Shown here: piece after piece, positions 43,801 through 53,169 of the stretch | How the letters are laid out: each line of letters starts with the position of its first letter | Numbering within the stretch: the stretch's first letter is position 1 | IMG/VR virus record: IMGVR_UViG_3300045391_004889 | Location: 1 to 64,000 of that record | Source of the DNA: a virus | DNA length: 64,000 bases | Reading direction: 5' to 3' (one strand) | Made by a program: the position numbers and the translations under genes | The notes under the pieces: generated by a model | Databases searched by the model: none | Told to the model about the DNA's origin: nothing | Seen by the model: only the letters and a program-made list of their open reading frames with translations

Positions 43801-44406
43801 GTCTCCAAGGAGTCGGTGGACTACCGTCCGGCTGAGACCCTCGAGGAGCGATGCGGCACCTGCTCCATGTTCCGCGAGCCGAACAGCTGCACGTTGGTCC
43901 TGGGCATCATCCAGCGCGATGACGTCTGCGACGAGTGGGACCCGATCACCGTCAACCAGGAGACGCCGGTCGCGGCCGGTCTCACCGTGGTTGCGGCGGA
44001 CACCGGTCGCGTGCTGATGCTGCAACGAGCGCTCACCCCTGGTGACCCGGCTGCTGGCACGTGGGAGTTCCCAGGCGGCTGCCTGGATCTCGGTGAGACC
44101 CCGCTCATGGCAGCTGAACGCGAGTGGCAGGAGGAGACCGGCTGCACGTTGCCGCGAGGCAAGGTCACCGGCACCTGGGTATCCGACAACGGCGTGTACC
44201 AGGGCTTCACCTACGTGGTTCCGTCAGAGTCCAGCGTGGAGATCTTCGGTGGCCGCGACGCGGTCAGCAACCCGGATGACCCGGATGGTGACAGCATCGA
44301 GGCGTTGGCGTGGTGGGAACCAGACCAGCTGATGGACTGCCCGGCCATGCGGCCGGAGCTGGCACGTGACCTCGACTCCTGGCTGGGGTTGATCTCACAG
44401 CGATGA
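40837..44406 (+). CDS. Portal protein fused to ParB/Srx-like, Cys4 (HiPIP-like) and Nudix domains
   Basis: Portal motifs (YGFPPIERA, FFREGSIP.L, R..DEGREELNLQP); IVDGHHR; CGTCSMF..C.LV.G.I...DVCDEW; Nudix box GGCLDLGETPLMAAEREWQEETG. Confidence 0.85.
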   Translation: MASRGSIISGAKHIPGGARPTPAPQGSGPNFGQMSPLSAQLDTGGSTGNGWAYTYGGFLPRPTEDFTEGAFGPFSPILPVPVDAPPPGAERAEPRREEYRVGWNLPVGQPGTEGLKLADFSTLRTLADLYSVARACIQLRKAEIRGLEWDIMPTHDAAKKMRNDHKATADFNERRVKAIKFFKHPDPDYFSWNSWLDAVLEEIFVFDALSILMRPKWSKGTGKGLLGSDLDSLALISGPTIRPLYDINGSYPRPPAPAYQQYLYGVPRTDLMSMITQRDIDEAGLKGSEMKQFRGDQLLYLPMTPRRWTPYGFPPIERALIPVMSGLQKQGYQLDFFREGSIPGLFVSPGGTNQNMTPNQIRELQDALNAIAGDPAWKHKIIVLPADSKVMPQKPAEIADQFDEIVMSQVCMAFDIQPMEIGIMPKVSTSVSPGAANQMSKASQNIHERKATKPMLTFLADIMNGVLHNVAHQDDMRFVFEGTMEEEDEETKTKRLVLQIGAGLRSIDEGREELNLQPWGLPETSDPGWATPNGWVPLVEATEARQTGWMTGNLLELPEGEPRATATLPGAAPAPGQPAQPGAAAASANGAQPRINPVMSGRPAAMASGRGNAAPSPGHSGASAAASGGKAPAKKAPVKKATAGKMRAIESELSALARHVRKGRLISSWTPRHVDNHMLARVAENVAKGMIIEDAIEVVKASRRVGLNGQIFEETPPNTPQVPMFDAAGGGARVFPPHDVDDIPVEGEGRVNRGVEVPGGVPGSTAGGEPPRWAPAEGTSSGNTFSEPRSRRDVTPEDGDDAEAPSHRGRPEHQDGGPRGSQNGTWPRGGHGTGQAGGDSPPGTVKGVVGGAPAAEVRAVMLRNFPAEAIAWVDDASWTMQLVPLHDVDFDNEDSWAAHHQPDKVRHFAAQIEAGNPPRPAIMVKTPIHHRLRIVDGHHRALAYRSLGKPVPAYVGTIEDPTDMRWSETHSSQLHQGSDPANKGEGGMVSKESVDYRPAETLEERCGTCSMFREPNSCTLVLGIIQRDDVCDEWDPITVNQETPVAAGLTVVAADTGRVLMLQRALTPGDPAAGTWEFPGGCLDLGETPLMAAEREWQEETGCTLPRGKVTGTWVSDNGVYQGFTYVVPSESSVEIFGGRDAVSNPDDPDGDSIEALAWWEPDQLMDCPAMRPELARDLDSWLGLISQR

Positions 44407-44606
44407 GCGACACGGCAACCCTGCTGCAGAAGCTGGCCGACGCGTTGAACGAGTGCGCGGAGGCCGGCCTCCGCATCAAGCTCAAGCACAACGCGGTGTA
44501 CACGCGAGAGGGGTACGTGCTCCCGGTGGACGATGACCGCTGGGTGGCACGTACCCTGCTGTACACCGAGCTTACCCCAACCGACGACCACGACGACGAG
44601 GACTGA
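44403..44606 (+). CDS. Small hypothetical protein
   Basis: ATGA overlap with the portal gene. Confidence 0.65.
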   Translation: MSDTATLLQKLADALNECAEAGLRIKLKHNAVYTREGYVLPVDDDRWVARTLLYTELTPTDDHDDED

Positions 44607-44619
44607 CCGAGGAGCTGTA

Positions 44620-47448
44620 GTGGCTGCGACCCTGACTCCAAGTGGTGAGCTGACCTACCTCAGCTTCCCGATCACCAAGTTCGAAGAGACCCCCGACGGC
44701 AACCTGTACGTCTACGGCAAGGCCACCGACGGCAGCGTGGATAGCGACGAGCAGATCGTCGACACCGACTTCAGCAGCAAGGCCATCGCGGACTGGCTGT
44801 CTTCCGGCGCCAACGTGCGGGTCCAGCACAACGCGCAGCGCGACCCCGCCGGCGTCGGCGTGGAGGTCAACACCGGCGGTGACGGTGCCACCTGGGTGAA
44901 GTCCCTCGTGGTCGAGCCGACCGCGAAGACCCTGGTGCGCCACAAGGCCCTGCGAGCCTACAGCGTCGGCATCGCGCGGCCGAAGATCGTGCGTGACAAC
45001 GTCGCACGTGGTGGCCGCATCGTCGACGGTGAGATCGTCGAGATCAGCCTGGTGGACCGCCCGGCCAACAAGAACTGCGGCATCGAACTCGTCAAGGCGG
45101 ACAAGGACGGCAACGCGGAGTTCACCGGCAAGGTGTTCGGTGACGGAGACGTGCTGACCAAGGCCGTCAAGGACGAGGAGACCGTGACCATCCCGGCATC
45201 CAGCACCTTCAGCCCGAGGGACCTGATGATGCTGCTCAAGCACCGTGAAGTCGCCGAGAAGCGTCTCGCCGAGGGTGTTGAGGTCGTGACACGCGCCGAC
45301 GGCAGCCCACTCACCGTGGACAAGCGTCAGATGGACCCGTCCGTCGGTGGTGGTGTGGATCGCGATAAGATCCCCGCCAAGGACTTCGCCGGTCGCGACC
45401 GCTCCTTCCCGATCGTCACCCCCGGCGACGTCAGCGACGCCGCCAGCTCCATCGGTCGCGCTGGTTCCGACAACTACTCCAGCGACAAGCTGAAGCGGAA
45501 CATCATCCGCATCGCTCGCCGCAAGGGCAGCGCCTTCGTGGCTGAGCTCCCGGAGTCGTGGAAGAAGGAGCTCGGGATGAAGAGTGACGCGGAGCCGGAC
45601 GAGGTGAAGGCGAACTCCGGGATGGCCGACGAGGACGAGCAGACGCCCGTCACGAAGGACGCTGACGCGGACGTCGACACCGAGGACGACGGCGACGACA
45701 AGGCGGACGACGACGCGAAGAAGGGCGAGGCCATGGAGGCCAAGCCTGACACCACCAAGGGCATGAAGGACTGCAAGGGTTGCGGCGCCGCGTACGACGG
45801 GGACTCCAAGCTTCGTCGCTGCGCCAAGTGCAACGCCAAGCTCCCGATGGCCAAGGGTGACGCGGCGGAGACCACGAAGGCGAAGAAGACCAAGGTCGTC
45901 TGCCCCGGCTGTGGCGCAAACATCAACGCCAAGCACGGCTTCTGCCCCGAGTGCGGCAAGAAGATCCCCGGCTCCGCCAAGCCGGCCAACAAGAACCACA
46001 AGTTCACGTGCCTCGGCTGCGACCGCTTCCCCCTGGACAAGGGTGAGCGGTTCTGCCCAGGTTGCGGCAAGGAGAACCCGGGCTACCTGGAGGCTGCTGA
46101 TCGGCAGCTGAAGGTGGCCAAGGGTGCGCCTGTCCCGGGTGCCGGCGTGGTCGGTCCGGCCGCCGCTGACATCGAGCCGGTCCCAGCTCACCGTGAGCCG
46201 GACGGCGCCGCCATCGAGGCCCTGGAGAGTGACGCAGGCATGGAAACCGTTCCCGACAGCACCGTGCAGTTGAAGGCCGCCACGCGGCTCAAGTCGGTCG
46301 GCGTGACCAACGAGATGGGCGCGCTCCACGACTTGCTGTGCCCCGCCTTCAACCCGGCTGAGGCCGCCAAGGCTCACCCGATCACCACGCTTCACACCCT
46401 GGACGCGGGTGTCTGGCAGGCCAAGGCTTCCGACGCCGTCTTCAGCGGCACGATCGAGGAGGCCGGCGCAGCCGCTCAGCTCTGGCAGGCCGCGGAGACC
46501 ATCAAGAGCAGCCAGCTCGACCTGCTCAACGAGCTCCGTGACGAGGCGCACAAGTCCTTCCAGGACGCCAACCCGGGTCCCGGTTCCTTCCCGTCACCGA
46601 CGGAGCTCAGCCCCGTCCGCTTCCGTCGTCCGCTGCTGACGGATGGTCGCGAGACCCCGTCACCTGGCCACGACGGTCCGAACATGGCAGCTGTGCCCAC
46701 CTCGGACATCCAGGCGGCGCAGTTCACCCGTGGTCACCTGGACTCTGGCCACGCGGCTGACAGTCCGAGCAACAAGGGCACGGCCATCCTGCCGGCCCCG
46801 GTTCCCACCGGCGCGCCGCAGCGTACCTACTACCGCAACACGAACCGCGACTCCGCACGCAGCGCCATGGCGGCCATGCACGACCACATCGCGCAGACCT
46901 TCCCGGACCTGTGCAGCATGAGCGCGGACGCGGGGATGGCCAACGGCTCTCGTCCGGTCCCGTCTGCGGTGGGTGCGGCCAAGTCCGAGGACGCCGTCGT
47001 GGAGCCGGTCGTCGAGACGCAGGCCGTCGAGGAGCCGAAGGTCAAGAAGGCGAAGAAGGCGAAGGCGATCGAGAAGGCCGCCACCGTCGTCGACGCTGAC
47101 GTGATCAAGAGCGCGGTTCTCGAGGCCACGCGCGACCTCGCCGCCCAGGTGGAGCAGATCACCAAGTCGCTCGCCGAGGCGCAGCAGCAGAACAAGGTCC
47201 TGGCCGACGCGGTGGACGCGCTCGGCAACCTGCCGGACCCGAACGTCGCCGCCTTCCGAGGTGTCGGCTTCGAGACGGCCACCAAGTCTTCGGCAGCTCC
47301 GGTGGGGCTGCCGTCCGTCGCCGAAACCGCGGAGCGGCAGCAGGCGGCACTCATGCGAGCCCTGCAGGAGCAGGCTCGTACCAGTCCCAACCCGAGCGAG
47401 CGGGAAGCCGCTTGGGCGAAGCTCTACCAGATGAACGGGCTCGCCTGA
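44620..47448 (+). CDS. Prohead protease (HK97 gp4-like) fused to Zn ribbons and scaffold
   Basis: VYGKAT..SVDSDEQIV, NVRVQH, AYSVG, EISLVDRPAN; six CxxC motifs; C-terminal coiled coil. Confidence 0.85.
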   Translation: MAATLTPSGELTYLSFPITKFEETPDGNLYVYGKATDGSVDSDEQIVDTDFSSKAIADWLSSGANVRVQHNAQRDPAGVGVEVNTGGDGATWVKSLVVEPTAKTLVRHKALRAYSVGIARPKIVRDNVARGGRIVDGEIVEISLVDRPANKNCGIELVKADKDGNAEFTGKVFGDGDVLTKAVKDEETVTIPASSTFSPRDLMMLLKHREVAEKRLAEGVEVVTRADGSPLTVDKRQMDPSVGGGVDRDKIPAKDFAGRDRSFPIVTPGDVSDAASSIGRAGSDNYSSDKLKRNIIRIARRKGSAFVAELPESWKKELGMKSDAEPDEVKANSGMADEDEQTPVTKDADADVDTEDDGDDKADDDAKKGEAMEAKPDTTKGMKDCKGCGAAYDGDSKLRRCAKCNAKLPMAKGDAAETTKAKKTKVVCPGCGANINAKHGFCPECGKKIPGSAKPANKNHKFTCLGCDRFPLDKGERFCPGCGKENPGYLEAADRQLKVAKGAPVPGAGVVGPAAADIEPVPAHREPDGAAIEALESDAGMETVPDSTVQLKAATRLKSVGVTNEMGALHDLLCPAFNPAEAAKAHPITTLHTLDAGVWQAKASDAVFSGTIEEAGAAAQLWQAAETIKSSQLDLLNELRDEAHKSFQDANPGPGSFPSPTELSPVRFRRPLLTDGRETPSPGHDGPNMAAVPTSDIQAAQFTRGHLDSGHAADSPSNKGTAILPAPVPTGAPQRTYYRNTNRDSARSAMAAMHDHIAQTFPDLCSMSADAGMANGSRPVPSAVGAAKSEDAVVEPVVETQAVEEPKVKKAKKAKAIEKAATVVDADVIKSAVLEATRDLAAQVEQITKSLAEAQQQNKVLADAVDALGNLPDPNVAAFRGVGFETATKSSAAPVGLPSVAETAERQQAALMRALQEQARTSPNPSEREAAWAKLYQMNGLA

Positions 47449-47512
47449 GCCGTCCCGACTACCCACTCGGCACGTGAGTGCCACCCTGATCTTCCTGTGA
47501 AAGGAGGCCTCC

Positions 47513-49327
47513 GTGGCTGACATCCTCAGCATGGAGGTGCCCGCCCCCACGGTGGGCCAGGCGTCTCAGGACGCCGCGTCGGAAGCGTCTCGTTACAACC
47601 ACACCGGCGACATGCTCAAGGCCAAGATGACCGACATGGTCAAGGGCGCGGGCTTCGTCGGCAACGGTAACCACGCGCTGACGGACCCGATGCAGATCAC
47701 CACCAAGGCCCACCAGGCCGCGATGGAGCTGCGCACGGAGACGCACCGCGGTTACACCAACCGCACGTCCGTCGTGAAGTCGATGAACCCCGGCTTCCTC
47801 AACCAGTTCGGCAACCTGAAGACGGCGCTCACCATGCCGTCCATCGGCGAGCAGCTCCAGCAGCTCGTCGGTCAGATGCCGGGTGGCGCGGACGCGCTCA
47901 AGAGCTTCACCGCCGGTAACCTCGGCATCGGCACGGTCAGCGGCCTGGTGCCGTTCGACCTGCTGGCACCGTCGCGACTGATCTACCCGGTCTACACGGT
48001 CTTCCGCAACAAGCTGCCTCGTCCGGCCGGTCAGGGCACGAGCCGCATCGAGCGCGTGTTCACCGGTGTCTCCGGTTCGCAGACCGGTGGTCAGGGTGTC
48101 GTCGACATCTCGATCCCCGAGCTCGTCCAGAGCGGCGGCACCCTGGCTAGCAGCACTTGGCCGCTGAACATCCCGGGCACCGGTTCTCAGACCGAGGTCC
48201 AGCTCAACGTGCCGTACAAGTTCTTCGGCCTCACCGAGTCGCTCTCGTGGCTGGCGCAGTTCGCCGGCCAGGGCTTCGAGGACATCTCCGCTCTCGCGAA
48301 CCTCATCCTCCTGCAGGAGATGATGCTCGGCGAGGAGTACCAGATGCTCGCGGCCACGAGCCAGGCGCTCACCACGCCTGGTGCCCCGACCGCGGCGGTT
48401 CGAGCGGCCGGCTCCAACGAGACCGCGCTCAACACCACGCTCACCAACGTCGCGGTCGTCGCGAAGAACTACTACGGTGGCACCGCGGGTTCGACGAACT
48501 CCGGCAGCTTCACCGTCTCGGCCGGCCAGGTCGTGGACGTCACCATCGCGCCGGTCGCGGGTGCCCTGTCCTACGACATCTACGGCTACGACGGCAGCAG
48601 CTACTACCTGCTCGCGCAGAACGTCGGTGGTGTCAAGTACACCCTGCAGGGCAGCACGCTTCCGAGCGCGGTCAGCAAGCCGGCCACCGACTCGGGCACC
48701 GGTTCCGCCACCCGCATGGAGGGCATCATCCCGACCCTGGCGGGTAAGTCCGCCGCGGCGGGTGTGTACCCGAACCAGTGGCAGGGTGGCTACTACAACG
48801 CCAGCGTCGGTCAGCACCTGAACTACAACGTGTTGTACACCGCGCTGCAGCAGCTGTGGGACGACAGCGGCAGCAACAACCCCGGCTCGTTCCGCGCTGA
48901 CCCGGCGGAGATCGTCGGTGAGGGTGGCGACATCATGCGCCTCTCGAACGACGTCATCGCGCAGGGTTCGGCCACGAACTACCGCCTCTTCCTGGAGCAG
49001 AGCGAGGTGCCAGGCGTCCGCGTCGGTGCCGCGGTCTCCGAGTTCCAGAACCCGATCACCCGGTCGGTGCTCAAGCTCGTGGTCCACCCGTGGCTGACGC
49101 AGGGTACCGCGATGCTGATGACCTACCAGCTCCCACAGACGTGGACGAACGTCGCCAACGCGTGGGAGATGACCATGGTGCAGGACTACGTGTCCATCGC
49201 CTGGCCGGTCATCGACGCGACCTTCCGGTACTCGATCTTCATGTACGGCGCGCTCGTCTCGCACGCCCCGCAGTACTCCGGCCTCATCCAGGGTCTGCAG
49301 GTCTCGGACACCACGCCGTTCAGCTAG
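47513..49327 (+). CDS. Major capsid protein with internal Ig-like insertion
   Basis: Follows the protease; SD AGGAGG; FDLLAPSRLIYPV...LPR, VHPWL.QG; highly biased codons. Confidence 0.85.
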   Translation: MADILSMEVPAPTVGQASQDAASEASRYNHTGDMLKAKMTDMVKGAGFVGNGNHALTDPMQITTKAHQAAMELRTETHRGYTNRTSVVKSMNPGFLNQFGNLKTALTMPSIGEQLQQLVGQMPGGADALKSFTAGNLGIGTVSGLVPFDLLAPSRLIYPVYTVFRNKLPRPAGQGTSRIERVFTGVSGSQTGGQGVVDISIPELVQSGGTLASSTWPLNIPGTGSQTEVQLNVPYKFFGLTESLSWLAQFAGQGFEDISALANLILLQEMMLGEEYQMLAATSQALTTPGAPTAAVRAAGSNETALNTTLTNVAVVAKNYYGGTAGSTNSGSFTVSAGQVVDVTIAPVAGALSYDIYGYDGSSYYLLAQNVGGVKYTLQGSTLPSAVSKPATDSGTGSATRMEGIIPTLAGKSAAAGVYPNQWQGGYYNASVGQHLNYNVLYTALQQLWDDSGSNNPGSFRADPAEIVGEGGDIMRLSNDVIAQGSATNYRLFLEQSEVPGVRVGAAVSEFQNPITRSVLKLVVHPWLTQGTAMLMTYQLPQTWTNVANAWEMTMVQDYVSIAWPVIDATFRYSIFMYGALVSHAPQYSGLIQGLQVSDTTPFS

Positions 49328-49384
49328 TCGAACCCGCGGCCCGGCACGCGAGTGCCGGGCCGCTTCACACGGAAGGCACCGCAA

Positions 49385-49705
49385 GTGGCTATCTTCGCTG
49401 CTGGCACCGCGACGACCACTTCGGTCGGCAACAGTGCCACCAAGGTTTTCGACGTCACCTCGTCCAACTGGGCTGACGGCGCGACTCTCACCAACGTGAC
49501 CGTCCTCAACACGGGAACCGTCACGGCCTTCATCGGCATCGCGGCTGTCACCGCCACGGGTCTGCGTCTGGCTCCCGGCCAGCAGCTGACCATCTACGGG
49601 TACAGCTACGTCAAGGGCAACACCGCCGGTGACATCTACGCGATCACCGCGTCGGGTACCACGACCATCGAGACCGGTCTCAGCACGGTCAACGCGACCG
49701 TCTGA
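49385..49705 (+). CDS. Small beta-sandwich virion (decoration-like) protein
   Basis: VTVLNTGT...VTATGLRLAPG motif. Confidence 0.7.
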   Translation: MAIFAAGTATTTSVGNSATKVFDVTSSNWADGATLTNVTVLNTGTVTAFIGIAAVTATGLRLAPGQQLTIYGYSYVKGNTAGDIYAITASGTTTIETGLSTVNATV

Positions 49706-49769
49706 GTCCACAAGCTGGCCGGCTGGTACCCATCGTGCCAGCCGGCCACCCACCCGAAAGGCGTTCACC

Positions 49770-50246
49770 GTGACTGTGAGCACCGTCTCCGTCCCGTCCT
49801 CGCCCGTCGTGGTGTTCGCCCCGTCGGGTAGCGACACGACCGGCGTTCTCGTCAACACCGGCACCAGCGTGCTGTATCTGGGTCAGTCGGCGGTCACCGC
49901 GGCCACCGGCTTCCCGCTCCAGCCTGGGGCGTCGCTCCAGGTCAACTCGAACGTCAAGCTGTACGCGGTGGCGGGCACCGACGTGATCGGTACCCCGACC
50001 TCCGCCGCAAGCGCTCCGATCTCCTCGGGTGCCACGGCAATCACCGTCGCCTCCGGCGGCGCCAGCTTCACACAGAACATGATCGTCTCGATCATCGATG
50101 GCAACAACACGGAGCTCGTTACCGTGGGTGCCGGTTCGGGGCCCACGAGCGTGGTCGTCTCCGCAACGGCTCACGCGCATGCCAGCGGCGTCGCGTTTGG
50201 TCAGTTCATCCGACACGCGGGTGGCAGCATCCAGGTCACCATGTGA
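49770..50246 (+). CDS. Decoration-like protein with inserted beta module
   Basis: LVNTGTSVLYLG...VTAATGFPLQPG. Confidence 0.7.
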   Translation: MTVSTVSVPSSPVVVFAPSGSDTTGVLVNTGTSVLYLGQSAVTAATGFPLQPGASLQVNSNVKLYAVAGTDVIGTPTSAASAPISSGATAITVASGGASFTQNMIVSIIDGNNTELVTVGAGSGPTSVVVSATAHAHASGVAFGQFIRHAGGSIQVTM

Positions 50247-50257
50247 GGGTGTAACTG

Positions 50258-50545
50258 ATGGCGATCGTCTCCGGGAACTTCACCCCCACCACCACCTCAA
50301 CTGCCGTCGCCACGATCCCGAACGGTCCGTGCCAGGTCGTGCTCAGCAACACGAGCAGCGTCACGGTCTACTTCGCGGTCGGTACCAACGCGGCGACCGC
50401 CGCAAACGGATTTGCCATCCCTGCGGGGGCCCCACCGGTCACCGTGGTGGCGTATCCTGGATCAGCAGGCGGACCACTCAACGTCGTCATCGCGAGCGGA
50501 ACCGCGACCGGCGTCGTGAGCTGGTTCATCTCCACCACTCAGTAG
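50258..50545 (+). CDS. Decoration-like protein
   Basis: VVLSNTSS.TVY...TAANGFAIPAG. Confidence 0.7.
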   Translation: MAIVSGNFTPTTTSTAVATIPNGPCQVVLSNTSSVTVYFAVGTNAATAANGFAIPAGAPPVTVVAYPGSAGGPLNVVIASGTATGVVSWFISTTQ

Positions 50546-50553
50546 GAGGCGCG

Positions 50554-50832
50554 ATGGCCACGAAGGTGCAGCTGCCACCCGGTTGCAAGGGCTTCGACTG
50601 CAAGGACGGCACGCGATACACGGCCGCCCGCGCAGGCGGCAGCGTGATGATGGAAGACCGACACGCGGCGGCTCTCAACAAGAGCCAGTACGCGAGCCAG
50701 GACTTCATCTCAGGCAAGGGAGCGGAGTCCTTCGGCACCAAGCGTGGTCAGCGCTGCGAACCGTGTCGTCGCACCTGGAACGCGTGGAACGCCACGTGCC
50801 CGAAGTGCGGCGCCGAGACCACCCCGGTGTAG
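50554..50832 (+). CDS. Small Zn-ribbon protein
   Basis: CEPC...CPKCG; SD AGGAGG. Confidence 0.7.
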   Translation: MATKVQLPPGCKGFDCKDGTRYTAARAGGSVMMEDRHAAALNKSQYASQDFISGKGAESFGTKRGQRCEPCRRTWNAWNATCPKCGAETTPV

Positions 50833-50885
50833 TTGTACGCCGAGCTCTCAGAAACTGAACCGAACAACTTGAGGAAGAGGTCGCC

Positions 50886-51569
50886 ATGACCGTTTGGGCG
50901 CGCAACGACGTGTGCGCGGTGTCCATCTCCCCCGAGCACGGAGGCTGTGGCGAGTCCCACACCCGACCCGTGGTCAAGGGCGCACCCGTCAAGATCTGGG
51001 CACTCACGTGCCACGGCGGCTGCGAGGATCACCTGCGCGGAAACTCGCTCTGGTCTGGCACGCCGCAGGGTGTGCCGGAGACGCCCGACGAGACGGCCAC
51101 CCGTCTCGACGTCGAACGACGCGGGCAGATCGAGCAGCAGGCCACCATGGCAAGCGCGCTCAACGACCTGGCCAAGCTCGGTGACCTGCCGTCGATGATC
51201 GCGCTTTTGGCGCAGTCGATGGCCGGCAACGCCCCACAGCAGCTGACGGGTCAGACGGTTCAGCTCTGCCGCAACGGGCACCGTAACCCGGAGGCCACCA
51301 AGTTCTGCGGGGAGTGCGGGGCGGACATGAACGACGGTGTCGGCAAGGCACCCGTCGCAGAGGTGACCCAGGGTCAGGCCGAGGCGGGCACTCAGCAGGC
51401 TGAGAACGCCTCGAAGTCCGGCATCGACCTGTCCGCCCTGGACCCTGAGACGGCCAAGCTCTCAGACCTCAAGGAGATCGCGGAGCAGGTCGGCGCCCCG
51501 ACCGCTCGCTCCAAGGCGGAGCAGATCTCTCTCATCCAGCAGGCAGTGCAGCAGACCCCGGAAGCGTAA
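50886..51569 (+). CDS. Zn-ribbon protein with C-terminal SAP/HeH-like motif
   Basis: CRNGH...FCGECG; LSDLKEIAEQVG..TARSKAEQI. Confidence 0.7.
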   Translation: MTVWARNDVCAVSISPEHGGCGESHTRPVVKGAPVKIWALTCHGGCEDHLRGNSLWSGTPQGVPETPDETATRLDVERRGQIEQQATMASALNDLAKLGDLPSMIALLAQSMAGNAPQQLTGQTVQLCRNGHRNPEATKFCGECGADMNDGVGKAPVAEVTQGQAEAGTQQAENASKSGIDLSALDPETAKLSDLKEIAEQVGAPTARSKAEQISLIQQAVQQTPEA

Positions 51570-51586
51570 CCACCAGGACGGAGCGC

Positions 51587-51739
51587 ATGAGGCGCCGAAG
51601 CAAGTGCAGTCTGTGCTCCGGCCACGGGAAGCGTGAGCCGGTGGGGTCCTGCCGGGAGTGCAACTCGGACTTCTGTGACCGTCACGGCACGTGGGTTGAT
51701 GGCAAGTGGCTCTGCGCCAAGTGCGCCAGACGGAGGTAG
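51587..51739 (+). CDS. 50-aa Cys-rich (B-box-like) protein, not in the ORF track
   Basis: MRRRSKCSLC...CRECNSDFCDRH...LCAKC; SD GGAG; fills the gap between neighbours. Confidence 0.65.
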   Translation: MRRRSKCSLCSGHGKREPVGSCRECNSDFCDRHGTWVDGKWLCAKCARRR

Positions 51740-51748
51740 GGAGGGACA

Positions 51749-52690
51749 GTGGCGACCCCGTACGTGAACCCGGAGATGATCGTCAACGCGCCCACGGGCA
51801 TCTCGTGGTCGATCATTCCCTTCCCCAAGGCCACCACGGCGCAGCAGCTCGCGGAGCAGACGAACATCTGCTGGCGAGCGACGACCATCGTGGACGGCTG
51901 GTGCAATCAGGCGCTGCGTTCCACCATCGACAGCGAGCAGCGCTCAGGACCCGGTGACTACCGCATCAACGTGGAGCAGTCCACGGGGAACGTGCGTTGG
52001 ATCCTGAGTCGCTGGCCGGTGACGGAGATCCTGGCGGTCCAGACGGCGTCCAACGCGGTCTTCCCGCGTCAGTGGACCCAGGTGCCTCAGGGCATGTGGG
52101 ACATCGAGAACCCGGCCATCGGGGTCTACGGCTCCTACGTGCCCGCAGGTTCGGGCGGTGCGGGTGGTCAGTCGATCACCCTCGCCCCCGGCTACGCCGG
52201 CTGGGGTCTCGGCCGTAACGGCTACCGCTTCGCCGCCACGTACGTCAACGGGTGGCCACACGCTGGGTTGAAGGCGGAAGTCACCGCCGGCTCCACCACG
52301 CTCACCGTGGATGACGTCACCGGGTTCGCGGGTGCCAGCGCCTTCATCTACGACGGTGAGAGCACGGAGGTCGTCAGCGTCACCTCGGTGACGGCCAACA
52401 CCCCATACACGCTCCCGAACGGGGGCGGCACCGCACAGGCCGGTCCGGGCACCCTCACCCTGGCCGGCCCGGTGTCGTACAACCACCCGAGCAACCTCAT
52501 CGTGTCGTCGCTTCCTCAGGACGTCATGTGGGCCACGATCCTGGCCGCCACGACCCAGGCCCTGGACGCGGGCATCACCAGCGTCAGCATCCAGAACATC
52601 CCGGGCTCACAGACCGTGGGTGGCCACGGCATTGACGATCTCAAACTGCAGTACCGAGAGCTTCTCAACCCGTACAGGCGGGTGATCTGA
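51749..52690 (+). CDS. Head-to-tail adaptor
   Basis: Position; RATTIVDGWCNQ, YVNGW, ELLNPYRR C-terminus. Confidence 0.75.
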   Translation: MATPYVNPEMIVNAPTGISWSIIPFPKATTAQQLAEQTNICWRATTIVDGWCNQALRSTIDSEQRSGPGDYRINVEQSTGNVRWILSRWPVTEILAVQTASNAVFPRQWTQVPQGMWDIENPAIGVYGSYVPAGSGGAGGQSITLAPGYAGWGLGRNGYRFAATYVNGWPHAGLKAEVTAGSTTLTVDDVTGFAGASAFIYDGESTEVVSVTSVTANTPYTLPNGGGTAQAGPGTLTLAGPVSYNHPSNLIVSSLPQDVMWATILAATTQALDAGITSVSIQNIPGSQTVGGHGIDDLKLQYRELLNPYRRVI

Positions 52691-53169
52691 TGCCGCTCAA
52701 CTCCGTGCAAGAGTACGTCAAGGGACTGCTCGACGGTCTCACCATTCCCGGTGCCGGTGCCTCCCTGGAGGCGTACATCACGCCACCCGTGGTGGAGGAC
52801 ATCGATCACCCGAAGGCGTACATTCTCGGTGGCCGCCTTCGCGGACGTCGACAGACCGCTCCACGTGGCCCGGGCTTCAAGTACCTGGCCTGGGTGGTGG
52901 ACGTGTACATCACCTATGAGACGATCCCGGACAGCCCGACGGTTGACCAGGAGATGGCGTTGATCATCGACGCCATCATGGCCAAGACCTGGACCACGAC
53001 GATGCCGCTGTTCATCACCGACTCGGTGACCGGCGTCAAGAGTCAGATCCTGGCCATCGGTGAGGACTTCGAGCTGGAGTACCCACCGGAACGAACCCCC
53101 GCCACGTTGCGCATGCTGTACTACGCCGCGCGGCTGGGTCTGGACGTCTACGAGGCGGTGCAGGGATGA
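52690..53169 (+). CDS. Tail terminator / neck protein
   Basis: Synteny and size. Confidence 0.55.
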   Translation: MPLNSVQEYVKGLLDGLTIPGAGASLEAYITPPVVEDIDHPKAYILGGRLRGRRQTAPRGPGFKYLAWVVDVYITYETIPDSPTVDQEMALIIDAIMAKTWTTTMPLFITDSVTGVKSQILAIGEDFELEYPPERTPATLRMLYYAARLGLDVYEAVQG

